The position numbers and the translations under genes are program-made. Positions 1 through 9,284 of a stretch of DNA of 64,000 nt are shown one piece after another. The stretch is from a virus. The DNA is taken from positions 48,913-112,912 of the IMG/VR virus record IMGVR_UViG_2868238732_000001; one strand, written 5' to 3'. Below the pieces are notes generated by a model. That model made no database searches, had not been told where the DNA came from, and saw only the letters and a list, made by a program, of their open reading frames with translations. Numbering within the stretch: the first letter of the stretch is position 1; each line of letters begins with the position of its first letter.

Positions 1-460
1 AATCTCTATTGTGCATTTTTGTAAGTAGACATAGAATAATCCATCCAGTAGGGGAGAGGTGTCTATAATAATCTAAGTATATTGATTGAGGTATTTTTTC
101 AAATCCTCCCTTGAGATTATAGTACAGAGTTAAGTCAATTGTTAATCTATCTTTTTTAACAATAGTAGATAAATCTTTGCTGCATGTTAGTAAGTTGCTC
201 TGTTGAAGTTTTGGTAGATATTTTTTTACTGTAAGTTTACTTATTGAAAGTGTAGATATAATATCTTGAAGATCTATTGTAGTTTTGTGTTCTCCTCTTG
301 ATTTATAAACTAAGTAGGTGAGAATTGAATATCCAATAGTTCCTATAGAATGTATTAGTGAAGTTGTTGGGTCTTTGTTATTTCCAAACAGACCATTTTT
401 CATTTGGATAAAATTCTTACTAATTATTGGAATGGATGAAGCAGGTGAATCATTAAACAT
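1..460 (-). CDS. 5' part of a gene truncated by the window edge; possible winged-helix replication initiator
   Basis: RBS GAAAGGAG then ATG at 460, with the frame open to position 1 (MFNDSPASSIPIISKNFIQMKNGLFGNNK...GGFEKIPQSIYLDYYRHLSPTGWIILCLLTKMHNRD). It lies next to the large non-coding region. The function is inferred. Confidence 0.5.
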   Translation of the reverse strand, partial: MFNDSPASSIPIISKNFIQMKNGLFGNNKDPTTSLIHSIGTIGYSILTYLVYKSRGEHKTTIDLQDIISTLSISKLTVKKYLPKLQQSNLLTCSKDLSTIVKKDRLTIDLTLYYNLKGGFEKIPQSIYLDYYRHLSPTGWIILCLLTKMHNRD

Positions 461-1669
461 TACTTTCTCCTTTCTGAAAATAAAAATAATTTAAAGTTGA
501 TTTTTACAAAAACATCTCCTTGCGTAATGTTATTGTTTAATTGTTATATTTATAGTATATATAATTCTTACTCAAATGACAACCTTTTTATTCAATTTCT
601 AAATAAATTTATTGATAATAGGAATTGCTTAATTTTTAGAGGTACTGTTATAGGCAGTAGATATTAATAATTTTCAATGTTTAATAACCCCTCCCATGTG
701 GACATTGTTTTGATTGTCTGTAGTAACCAGAGAGGGCGTTTAGGGCTAAGGATTAATATTTGCTAGTGTGAAAATTACAGTTGCTTGTAGGAACTATTAG
801 ACAAGGAGAAATATAATATAGTGTTTTAGGTGTTTTTGAGATTGTATGAGTATTGCAGAGTATTAGGTTAGATTGGATGAAAAGTGATAATAAGTGTATG
901 AGAATGATTGAATATAGATAAGATCAGTTGATAGTTATTTGTTAAGCTTATAGAAATAGTGTAGCTTAATTTTATAGCTGAGTAGGGGATAGTATAGAGG
1001 AAAAGTTTTCAGATAGATTAGTACCCCGGGGAGTATGTTTTTGATAGTGTAATAGAGTCATAGAGATGTTGTTTGGTGTTTTATGTGTAATTAGTGAGGA
1101 ATAGAGTAAAGTGGTTCACGACCGTTACGGGACGATGTGAAAATATTACGGGAAGTGAAACCGGCTAAAGTGAGTTTTTAGGTAAAATATGAGGTAAAAT
1201 AGAAATGTCCCGTGTGAAGTGTTGATTTGTGTAGGGTTGCCCGTGATTATTTTTAAGGAGGAAAGTCGATTTTTTGACTGAGTGCTGGAGTGAAACAGGG
1301 GGCCAAATTCCGAGGAGGCTATGAAAAGGTTGAAACGTAATATACGCCCCATGCTGCAATCCTTGTAATTTAATCAGCCAATAGTCTCATTTGTCAGGTT
1401 TTTGTGTGTTTTAGTGATATTTTGAAGGTACTGCAAGTCGTTGATACGTCTATATTTGAAGGTTATTGAATAAAAACATGCTATTAAATGTATATTTAGT
1501 TGTATGTTTACAGGAAATAGGGTATATTTGTATCATATAGTTATCATAACTAGGTGTAGATTTATTTTTGATGTTTTGAAGTGGATATATTCAGTTTACT
1601 AGTGTATTAGTTTAATAGTACACTAGCGAACTATAAAAGACTGTTTTTACAGATTTGAACTACCTAAAT

Positions 1670-1713
1670 AAACACGAACAATAAACTAATTTAAATAAAT
1701 AACGTTCGTGTTT
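1670..1713. repeat. Inverted repeat AAACACGAAC-N24-GTTCGTGTTT
   Basis: Read directly from the sequence: 10-bp arms with a 24-bp spacer. Confidence 0.9.
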
Positions 1714-1806
1714 TACATTTTCCATAAATTACACTCCTTTGTAAACAAAATAATACTACACAGGTTTACAATATAATAATCAGGAACACCATGTTACTAA
1801 TAATAA

Positions 1807-1848
1807 AACACGAACAATGACAAGTAATACACTATTAATGTTCGTGTT
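1807..1848. repeat. Second copy, AACACGAAC-N24-GTTCGTGTT
   Basis: Same arms and same 24-bp spacing as 1670-1713, with a different spacer sequence. Confidence 0.9.
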
Positions 1849-2628
1849 ATCAAATGCAGTAACAACTATATAATCATTCGACAAACAAATAATCTCAATA
1901 TCTCACATAACCATTATAAACATACATAATCAAATCTATTACACTCTCAAAACTCATTTAAACGCTCTATAAACCACTTTACAATTAAACAGTACTGTTA
2001 TACCTAATTTCTCCTAACGTTCCATTCTACTTTATTCGACAAAACATACTAACTATAATACACCCAACATGTATTTTATATCCTTAGTATCTTTTATATA
2101 CTATGAAATTGATCCTACATACCTATAACAACTATAAATATAACAAACACCCAACAATAACTAATAACCCAATATAATATATTAACCTGTTATTTACCTT
2201 GATTCTATTCCTATTAATGGACTATATTTATAGCTATTACTTAGCTAACACTATTATATAATGTAACAAAATAGCATAACCATATCTATTAGCATACTGG
2301 AGTAAACAGGACTACACACAATGACTAATATATAACTACTATTATAATATCTACACTAATAAATCCTAATATCTAAAATATCACACCATCTCACGTTCAT
2401 TCTAACGCATTGTAACCATGTAACCCTAATACTATTACCTAACAAACATAACATGGCTCTCTATTGCTTCATTTTAGCCATAATAACCCTTAACCCTGTT
2501 ACGCTAACTAACTAATAAACAATAACATTAACAATGAAACAATAATGAAATACATAGGAAATAGTAGCAAATCAAAGTATTAACACTTTAATCTATTCTA
2601 ACAACCTTATACAACCTTAAATAACATA

Positions 2629-2657
2629 TTGACAATAAAACAATACTGTAGTATTAT
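2629..2657 (+). promoter_or_regulatory. sigmaA-type promoter containing the recurrent ACAAT-AAACAAT motif
   Basis: TTGACA-17bp-TATTAT. Confidence 0.6.
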
Positions 2658-3461
2658 TAATTTATCGGCAAGGGACACACACTTGATACACTACATTAAA
2701 TACTTGCTTAACCTAGTAGTTAGGGACTAACTACACAAATTGTACATTGACAATTGAATAAATCTTTTTAATGATAGGCGATATAGTAGGTTGGAGCACT
2801 GAAAACAAATACTATATGTCGCATACCTTGAAGCCATTATGTGCAAAATAGGGAACAAATTAAAAAGTATAATGAGCAACAAATAACATTATAAATGGAC
2901 GATACCATTTAAAAAACAGTAATAGTTACTGTCCAATTTAATATAACAGGTAACTAAAAACAGTTTAAAAATCTGTAGTAATTCAATTATCATAATTGGA
3001 TGTATTAAAATACTCTTGACTTACCTTTATTGATAGCTAGAGATATTTTAGTATTAGACTAAAATTTAAAACTAAACAAATAAATGCTTTAAAACATAAA
3101 TGACAAACATAAAAAAATCACACTCCATACTATCATAAAGTGGAGATGTATTACAACGACTTAAACAATTAAACAGTACCATAACAATAAAAACTAATAG
3201 CATTAAAAAAATAATAACTGTATTCGTACACTTATTAAAAACAATGCAATAGCAATATAAAACCATTGCAAATAGATAAAGAAACACTAGAATCTTATAT
3301 TTGTGAAATGCTCGCAGAATAGCAAATTAAGTATAAAATTTACTGTTATTTTTATAAAATATTTGTAACTGGTTTTATATAATTGTTTAATAACTTATGT
3401 AAATTAGTTAACATAATAGTTTGCATACGTTATTAAATAATTTAAAAAGGTGGTTATAAAA

Positions 3462-3641
3462 ATGAAGAGTTTTGATGAATTAGTGAAAAAAGGGTTTAAA
3501 AATGGTTTTTTAACAAGTAAAGAAGTTAGCGAAATTGATTTTAATAACGATAAAAACGTAAATGATTATTTTGAGGCATTGGACGAATTAATAAATAAAG
3601 GCATACAAATTAATTTTTCTAATGGCGAAATAATGCGATAG
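3462..3641 (+). CDS. Stand-alone sigma70 region 1.1-like small protein
   Basis: LVKKGFKNGFLTSKEV...D...LDELINKGIQI matches the RpoD region 1.1 pattern (LIxKGKxxGYLTYxEI...LxDxGIxV). RBS AAGGTGG. Confidence 0.7.
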   Translation: MKSFDELVKKGFKNGFLTSKEVSEIDFNNDKNVNDYFEALDELINKGIQINFSNGEIMR

Positions 3642-3771
3642 GAGGTACTAAAAATGATTAGACATAATACAAGTTGAGCATATCTTGCAAATAGATGTGC
3701 TTATATAATCTTAAAATGAGGCTATATATAATGTAGCTTGATTTTAAAATTATAAAAAGGATGTGTTAATA

Positions 3772-4188
3772 ATGAAAAAAAGAAGTATATTTATATGCCA
3801 GTTAACAACTTATGAGCAACAACAAATAAAAGAATCTATAGAGAATTTTTTAATAAATAATGGTTATGAAAACAGACTTGAAGAGATTACACAGAATGCA
3901 ATGGATGGCAGACTATGCGACTTAGAGGACGATTTAAGCATTGAAAATATTATACCTAGTATATTAAAAGATATTTGTAATTCATGGGAATTAGACTTTA
4001 AAGGTGACTTATTAGAAAATATTGACGATATACTTGAGCAACATGGAACTATTAAAAACTATATAGAATATCTAATAAATGAATGCTTCCCAGTTTGGAT
4101 TGAAGAGTCAAAAACAGAATGTAAAGAGAATACAGAATTATATATTAACTATCAATTAAGACTTAAAAATATAGTAAATGAACTATAA
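3772..4188 (+). CDS. Hypothetical early-region protein
   Basis: ORF with AAGGATGTG RBS. The ATG at 3772 is preferred over the GTG at 3763. Confidence 0.8.
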   Translation: MKKRSIFICQLTTYEQQQIKESIENFLINNGYENRLEEITQNAMDGRLCDLEDDLSIENIIPSILKDICNSWELDFKGDLLENIDDILEQHGTIKNYIEYLINECFPVWIEESKTECKENTELYINYQLRLKNIVNEL

Positions 4189-4200
4189 AAACAATGTTTT

Positions 4201-4260
4201 ATTAAATGTTTTAACTTGCATATAACAAATACATAATAATATTATATGCAATGTAAAGCA
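4201..4260. repeat. Intergenic hairpin repeat, copy 1 (TTGCATATAA-N16-TTATATGCAA)
   Basis: Perfect 10-bp inverted repeat flanked by AAATGTTTTA and TGTAAAG, as in the copies at 5340 and 6146. Confidence 0.85.
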
Positions 4261-4296
4261 ATTAATTGCTAAAATTTAAAAGGTTGGTGCTTTACC

Positions 4297-4527
4297 ATGA
4301 TTAACATTTACTCAAAAACTATTACAATTGCAAGAATTAAAGACGTTGACTATATACACTATAATAATGAACTTGTTTCATTCAATGACAATGAAAAAAA
4401 ATGCTTTTATATTGAAACTAAAGACATGAAAAAAAACTCAGTTATAGATTATATCAAAGACACTTACAACTATAAATATAATAACTACACTATTGAAGAA
4501 TGTTATTGCATAACAAACTTGTTATAA
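4297..4527 (+). CDS. Hypothetical protein
   Basis: ORF with AAGGTTGGTG RBS. Confidence 0.75.
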   Translation: MINIYSKTITIARIKDVDYIHYNNELVSFNDNEKKCFYIETKDMKKNSVIDYIKDTYNYKYNNYTIEECYCITNLL

Positions 4528-4635
4528 TTCACACGTCATAGCGTGTATAAATAGTGCTTTAGGCTATGAGCGTTAAGAGGTTAAAATATAACCTCTTAGG
4601 TAGTAATTTAATTACTAATAAAAGGATGTAAAGCA

Positions 4636-4833
4636 ATGTTCAGAACTAAGAAAATAAGTATCAAGGGTATAAAATCAATAGAATTTAAAGATATTTCAAT
4701 GGATAATGAATTGATAACAATGGAGGCATGGGAAATAAAAGAAATTATATACAGTAAAGACGGTCAAGAGTATTATATCGAAAATTGTGACGGATTATAC
4801 TTTTCTGCTAAAGAAATTAAGTTCACAAAATAA
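4636..4833 (+). CDS. Hypothetical protein
   Basis: ORF with AAAGGATG RBS. Confidence 0.75.
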   Translation: MFRTKKISIKGIKSIEFKDISMDNELITMEAWEIKEIIYSKDGQEYYIENCDGLYFSAKEIKFTK

Positions 4834-4854
4834 AAGTGAAGAGGTGTATTAAAT

Positions 4855-5118
4855 ATGGTAGAGAATGGTTTTGTGTTTGCAGTAAATAAAAGCTATGCAA
4901 AGAAATTAAAACAAGATGTAAAAAACTCTATAAAACACGAAAAATTCTTAGAAGTTATTTTAAAACATAATGTAAATTGTAGTGAACGTTTTAGCATTAA
5001 AGAATGGAATAAAAGCGACATAATGAAACTTTATAAAAATTCAGTTTATACCATGAGACTATTAACCTTTAATGATAATGATAAAATACAATTTAGTTTT
5101 AATAATGAAATAATTTAA
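4855..5118 (+). CDS. Hypothetical protein
   Basis: ORF with GAGGTG RBS. Confidence 0.75.
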   Translation: MVENGFVFAVNKSYAKKLKQDVKNSIKHEKFLEVILKHNVNCSERFSIKEWNKSDIMKLYKNSVYTMRLLTFNDNDKIQFSFNNEII

Positions 5119-5155
5119 AAGTATTCTTTTAAAAGATTGAGAAAGAGGTGTATTT

Positions 5156-5329
5156 ATGTATTATAAATCAGTAATAATCACTAACCAGTTAGGAATTTAT
5201 TATAACAACACTGAAGAAATGTTAATACCTAAAGTTATAGGATGTATTAAAAGAGGTTTTAATCAAGCTTTGCTCCATATTAAATTACTACCTTTGGGTG
5301 GACGTTACCGTGGAGATGTTAGGGTTTAA
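5156..5329 (+). CDS. Small hypothetical protein (57 aa, not in the ORF track)
   Basis: AGAGGTG RBS followed by ATG; MYYKSVIITNQLG...GGRYRGDVRV. Confidence 0.65.
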   Translation: MYYKSVIITNQLGIYYNNTEEMLIPKVIGCIKRGFNQALLHIKLLPLGGRYRGDVRV

Positions 5330-5339
5330 ATGTTTTAGT

Positions 5340-5373
5340 TTGCATACTACAAATACATAATAATAGTATGCAA
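5340..5373. repeat. Intergenic hairpin repeat, copy 2 (TTGCATACTA-N14-TAGTATGCAA)
   Basis: Perfect 10-bp inverted repeat with compensatory changes relative to copy 1. Confidence 0.85.
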
Positions 5374-5423
5374 TGTAAAGTATTTAATATAAATACTAAA
5401 ATTAAAAAGGTAGGTTTTTAATA

Positions 5424-6125
5424 ATGAATAAAGAATTAAAAGTATTATATTTTGAAGGTGCAGGATGTGAAAATACATGGAGAGGTGAAATATCGAATTG
5501 TAGAATTAGAACGGCTTTCACAAATAATGAGGGTAAAAAGATTTACCTTGAAATTTGTGGAATGGGTAAAACACAGGATGACCTTAAAAAATATCATAGA
5601 TATGGAGGTTATGAAGTAGGTGAAGCAATCGGATTTATTGATTCTTGTCATTATATAACAAATGATAATAAAATTGATGACTGCAACAAATCACGTTTAG
5701 AATGTGAAAGAAACAAAAATATTTCATATTCATACAATGGTATTTTAAAGTTTGTAAATGAAAATTGTAATTGTTCTTTTGATAATATAGAAGTTTTAGG
5801 ATGGTTAGCTGGGTATAGAGTATTTGCAGACGAAACAAAAGAAACTTCTAACACTTATAAAGCTTATAATTACGGGGATGAATTTCAATATAATATTACA
5901 TTAGAAAACACTAGAAAAGAAATTCAAAAACATTTTTATGACTTAGAAAAATCAGAAGGAAAACAATATCCAAACTTTTCTTTATGGGTAGACGATAATA
6001 ACATTAACTTATTACATTTATTAAGACATTTTAATGGATATAATAAACATTGGTCAATAAAAACAGATATAGAAAATTGGAAAGACAGTATACAAGAAAC
6101 TAAATTAAATGAATATGGATGTTAG
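5424..6125 (+). CDS. Hypothetical protein (233 aa)
   Basis: Long ORF with RBS; no family recognised. Confidence 0.85.
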   Translation: MNKELKVLYFEGAGCENTWRGEISNCRIRTAFTNNEGKKIYLEICGMGKTQDDLKKYHRYGGYEVGEAIGFIDSCHYITNDNKIDDCNKSRLECERNKNISYSYNGILKFVNENCNCSFDNIEVLGWLAGYRVFADETKETSNTYKAYNYGDEFQYNITLENTRKEIQKHFYDLEKSEGKQYPNFSLWVDDNNINLLHLLRHFNGYNKHWSIKTDIENWKDSIQETKLNEYGC

Positions 6126-6145
6126 TTTAATTTAAATGTTTTAAC

Positions 6146-6183
6146 TAGCACATTAACAATTAAACAATAATATTAGTGTGCTA
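6146..6183. repeat. Intergenic hairpin repeat, copy 3 (TAGCACATTAA-N16-TTAGTGTGCTA)
   Basis: 11-bp stem with one G.T pair. The loop holds CAATTAAACAATAATA. Confidence 0.8.
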
Positions 6184-6232
6184 TGTAAAGCAATATTAAA
6201 TTGCTAATTATAAAAAGGGATGTGCTGTAATA

Positions 6233-6610
6233 ATGACAAATTTAAAAGCAATGTTTACAAACTTAAAAGAGATAGAAAAACCAGAATTTAAAACAGAATG
6301 GAATGATACTGATTTTAAAAATGTTAACAAAGCATTAAAGAAGTTATTTATTAACAAGACTTTAATAGACCATAGAGGACTAGCACAAAAAATGTATTCA
6401 TTAAATGATATAGAAATGTTTTTCGGACTTCCTTACACTTCATCAAGTAGCTATGCAATGATAGGAAATACAAACACACAGTATTATATTGATGTTGAGG
6501 AGCAATTCAACATTGAACTATTTGCAGTTACTACAGATAATAAGATAATTCTTGAAGCGTGGGACAACGAAGAGACCTCAAAATATTTTGTTATAGGAGG
6601 TTCAAACTAA
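6233..6610 (+). CDS. Hypothetical protein
   Basis: ORF with RBS. Confidence 0.8.
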   Translation: MTNLKAMFTNLKEIEKPEFKTEWNDTDFKNVNKALKKLFINKTLIDHRGLAQKMYSLNDIEMFFGLPYTSSSSYAMIGNTNTQYYIDVEEQFNIELFAVTTDNKIILEAWDNEETSKYFVIGGSN

Positions 6611-6837
6611 TGCAAAGAGATGTTGTATTTTTAAAAGATGATGGATTATTAAAAGCTTTATTAAACACTAAATTATGTCAAGACACTGGAAAATATATTA
6701 TAAAGTGCAAAGATGATATAAAGGTTATGGAGAAGCTCCAGGAGGCATGTAATGAGCATATGAAAGCAATTGGATATGGTAGGTATAAGTTATTATTCGC
6801 AAATGAAAATAACTATATGGACAGTTTAGAGGTATAA
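6610..6837 (+). CDS. Hypothetical protein
   Basis: The ATG overlaps the upstream stop (TAATG), consistent with translational coupling. Confidence 0.75.
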   Translation: MQRDVVFLKDDGLLKALLNTKLCQDTGKYIIKCKDDIKVMEKLQEACNEHMKAIGYGRYKLLFANENNYMDSLEV

Positions 6838-6976
6838 AAACATTTCAAGAGTATTAAAACAACTAAATAATACTCTTGAAGCTTGTAAAATGTATTTTAT
6901 ATAAGAGGCTGCAATTGCCATAAAATGCATTTTAGAGGCTAAGAAGCTTCATAATTTTAAAGAGGATGTGTTAATA

Positions 6977-7546
6977 ATGAAAAAAGAATATACCATTGAA
7001 CAAATGGCGGAGTCAAGATGGTTTTATACATTTACAGATACAAACGAAAAAGGCGAAAAGATAATAATTGAACTAGACAAATGTGAAGATAGTTCTTTAA
7101 AAAATTCTTTACCTAAACTTTGGAAACAAAATGGTTATGTAGATAGAGTATTAGAAACTTACTGGAGTATTCAAACTTATGTTAAAGATACAGAAGGTAA
7201 TAGTTTTGGCAGATACAACCCACAACATAAGCTACGTGAAGACGGAAAAGGCGAAGTAATAGATTTTGAATGGATGTTTGAAGCTACAGAGGAGAATAAA
7301 GAAAAATTAAATGATGAGGTTCATAGATTAGCTTCAGAAGCTAAGGGAGAAACAGCAACAGAATCAAAGAATAGGAGAATAAAAGAATATGCAATAAAAA
7401 ATAATATTGATATATATAAAACAATACCTCAAGGATGGAATATATTAAATGGTGGTTTAACTGCTCCAATAGGCACTGTTTGGATAAGTAACATGGCATC
7501 ATTCAAAAGTGGAAATTTAAAACAAGGCATATTATTTACAGATTAA
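6977..7546 (+). CDS. Hypothetical protein
   Basis: ORF with the same GGATGTGTTAATAATG RBS context as 3772. Confidence 0.85.
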   Translation: MKKEYTIEQMAESRWFYTFTDTNEKGEKIIIELDKCEDSSLKNSLPKLWKQNGYVDRVLETYWSIQTYVKDTEGNSFGRYNPQHKLREDGKGEVIDFEWMFEATEENKEKLNDEVHRLASEAKGETATESKNRRIKEYAIKNNIDIYKTIPQGWNILNGGLTAPIGTVWISNMASFKSGNLKQGILFTD

Positions 7547-7599
7547 TTTTAGCTAGTAATTTAAAACAATTATTTTATTAAAAATTGGAGGGTATAAAA

Positions 7600-7836
7600 A
7601 TGACAAATATTGAAAAGAAAAAATGTGAAAATTTGTGTATTGAAGCAATAAAAAATATTGAAGAATCAAATTCTTTATATGAGGAAGCTGAAAAGATAGA
7701 TAGAGAATTTCATCAAGCAACTACACAATTAAGAAGGGCTGATAATAAAAGAGGTTACGCAGAAGGCATTAATCAAGCATTAGCAGTTATTGGATATACG
7801 TCTGAAAATATGAAAAAATTAAGTAAATTAATTTAA
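7600..7836 (+). CDS. Hypothetical protein
   Basis: GGAGGG RBS followed by ATG at 7600. Confidence 0.8.
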   Translation: MTNIEKKKCENLCIEAIKNIEESNSLYEEAEKIDREFHQATTQLRRADNKRGYAEGINQALAVIGYTSENMKKLSKLI

Positions 7837-7876
7837 TTATCGTAATTTCAAATAATGGTTTAAAAGGAGAATAAAC

Positions 7877-8125
7877 ATGGGTTATTATAATTTAAAAGTA
7901 ACAAATTACAATAAGATAATTTTTGAAGTTCAAAAACAGTTATTAAAAGAGGATAAAGTTGTAATACATCAATCAATTATTAAGGCAATATTCAACTCTA
8001 TGATAGATGCTAATAATCCTAGTTTAGATACTGATAATCTATATTTTAATTGTTACGTTGATGGAATTAAAAACCTTATTCAATTGGATAGGGATATACA
8101 AAATAAGATAAATGTTAAAATTTAA
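7877..8125 (+). CDS. Hypothetical protein
   Basis: AAGGAG RBS. Confidence 0.8.
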   Translation: MGYYNLKVTNYNKIIFEVQKQLLKEDKVVIHQSIIKAIFNSMIDANNPSLDTDNLYFNCYVDGIKNLIQLDRDIQNKINVKI

Positions 8126-8147
8126 ATATGAGGGAGATTGAAAGATT

Positions 8148-8405
8148 ATGAAAAGAGAGAACTTTGAACTAATTATAAAAATTGCTAAAAGGGCAGAAGA
8201 AAATGGATTACTTATGTTTGATAGAATGTCACTTATTATGGATTTAGAATGTGCAAAAGAAGAATTTAATTTAAGACTTGACGATTTTCTAAATGCTGAC
8301 AATTTTAATTTTTCTCATGATATTTATGGAATACAAAGTAATCTTAACAGACAAACAAAGAAAATGGAAAACTTCTTTTTACCACGTTTCACTAGTAGAG
8401 ATTAA
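8148..8405 (+). CDS. Conserved small phage protein (DUF6874-like)
   Basis: The pattern IAKRA...DRMSLIMDL...LRLDDFLNADNFNFSHDIYGI...F.LPRF is familiar from phage early regions. Family named from memory. Confidence 0.55.
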   Translation: MKRENFELIIKIAKRAEENGLLMFDRMSLIMDLECAKEEFNLRLDDFLNADNFNFSHDIYGIQSNLNRQTKKMENFFLPRFTSRD

Positions 8406-8439
8406 AATAATGATTTTAATATGAAAGGATGTTTTATAA

Positions 8440-8604
8440 ATGATTAATATTACTATTGAAATTGAATTGGATGGAGTAATTACAGTAAAACAGTTAAAAA
8501 TGCCTTTAGAATTAAAACATGATTTTGTAAAAGCAAATCAGTATGTTAGAAATTACTACCAAGAATTAAGTTATAATGTCGGCAAATATATTAGAATATG
8601 CTAA
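8440..8604 (+). CDS. Small hypothetical protein (54 aa, not in the ORF track)
   Basis: AAAGGATG RBS followed by ATG; MINITIEIELDG...KYIRIC. Confidence 0.65.
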   Translation: MINITIEIELDGVITVKQLKMPLELKHDFVKANQYVRNYYQELSYNVGKYIRIC

Positions 8605-8640
8605 TAAAAAACAGATTTTAAAAGGGAAGAGGTTTTATAA

Positions 8641-8898
8641 ATGGATAGATATAAAAAAGGGTTTAGAAAAGATTTAAGAATTAGCTATGAAAATGAAAAT
8701 GGTAATATTATCAAAAGAAATTACACATATATTACTGATTTCTTAAATGAAATGGAGTCGGATAATATTGACATACCAATGTTAGACTATACAAACGTTA
8801 TAGCGATTTTAGGGGAAAACATTTTTAATCAGAAGCAATTTAATACAATAAGTGATTTATTAAAATATATAAAAAACAATATTATAATAAAAATCTAA
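8641..8898 (+). CDS. Hypothetical protein
   Basis: ORF with GAGG RBS. Confidence 0.75.
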   Translation: MDRYKKGFRKDLRISYENENGNIIKRNYTYITDFLNEMESDNIDIPMLDYTNVIAILGENIFNQKQFNTISDLLKYIKNNIIIKI

Positions 8899-8927
8899 TT
8901 TTAATATAGTTCCAGGAGGCGGAAAGA

Positions 8928-9149
8928 ATGAATAAAATAATTAATAATGAAGAGGAAAAGAATTTAAAATATGTTGAATTGACATTTTCACATGGTAAAG
9001 TTGTATATTTTAGACTAAATAAAGAGGAACTAGAAAAGGCTTTAATATCGTATGAAAATGGAAATATACATGAGTTTATAACTAGTAAAGGAAATATTTA
9101 TAATATCAGAATGAGTTATATCGTAGACCTTAAAATAAACAATGATTAA
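8928..9149 (+). CDS. Hypothetical protein
   Basis: AGGAGG RBS. Confidence 0.8.
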   Translation: MNKIINNEEEKNLKYVELTFSHGKVVYFRLNKEELEKALISYENGNIHEFITSKGNIYNIRMSYIVDLKINND

Positions 9150-9284
9150 CGATTAAACAATAATATTACAAGCTTTACGGCTTGTATATAGCACTTAAAA
9201 GTTGAATAGGTGTAATTACTCAAGAAGATTTTAAGTGCTATATAGAGGGCGTAAACCTTCAATAAAAAGGATGGTGTAACAATA

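Larger units (their letters stand above)
480..3440. other. Long non-coding region with G/C skew inversion (candidate ori/ter or genome-end region)
   Basis: No convincing ORFs. The + strand is G/T-rich up to ~1620 (841-900: 17 G vs 1 C) and C/A-rich after ~1660 (1921-1980: 16 C vs 1 G). Confidence 0.6.

Noticed and set aside
1146-1359. Two overlapping minus-strand ORFs (64-68 aa) and the minus ORF at 3072-3287
   Set aside because: No RBS and no recognisable protein features. They arise from the skewed composition of the non-coding region.
1670-1848. CGAAC/GTTCG half-sites as LexA boxes
   Set aside because: LexA needs a 4-bp spacer and these have 24 bp. Kept as a separate unexplained site instead.
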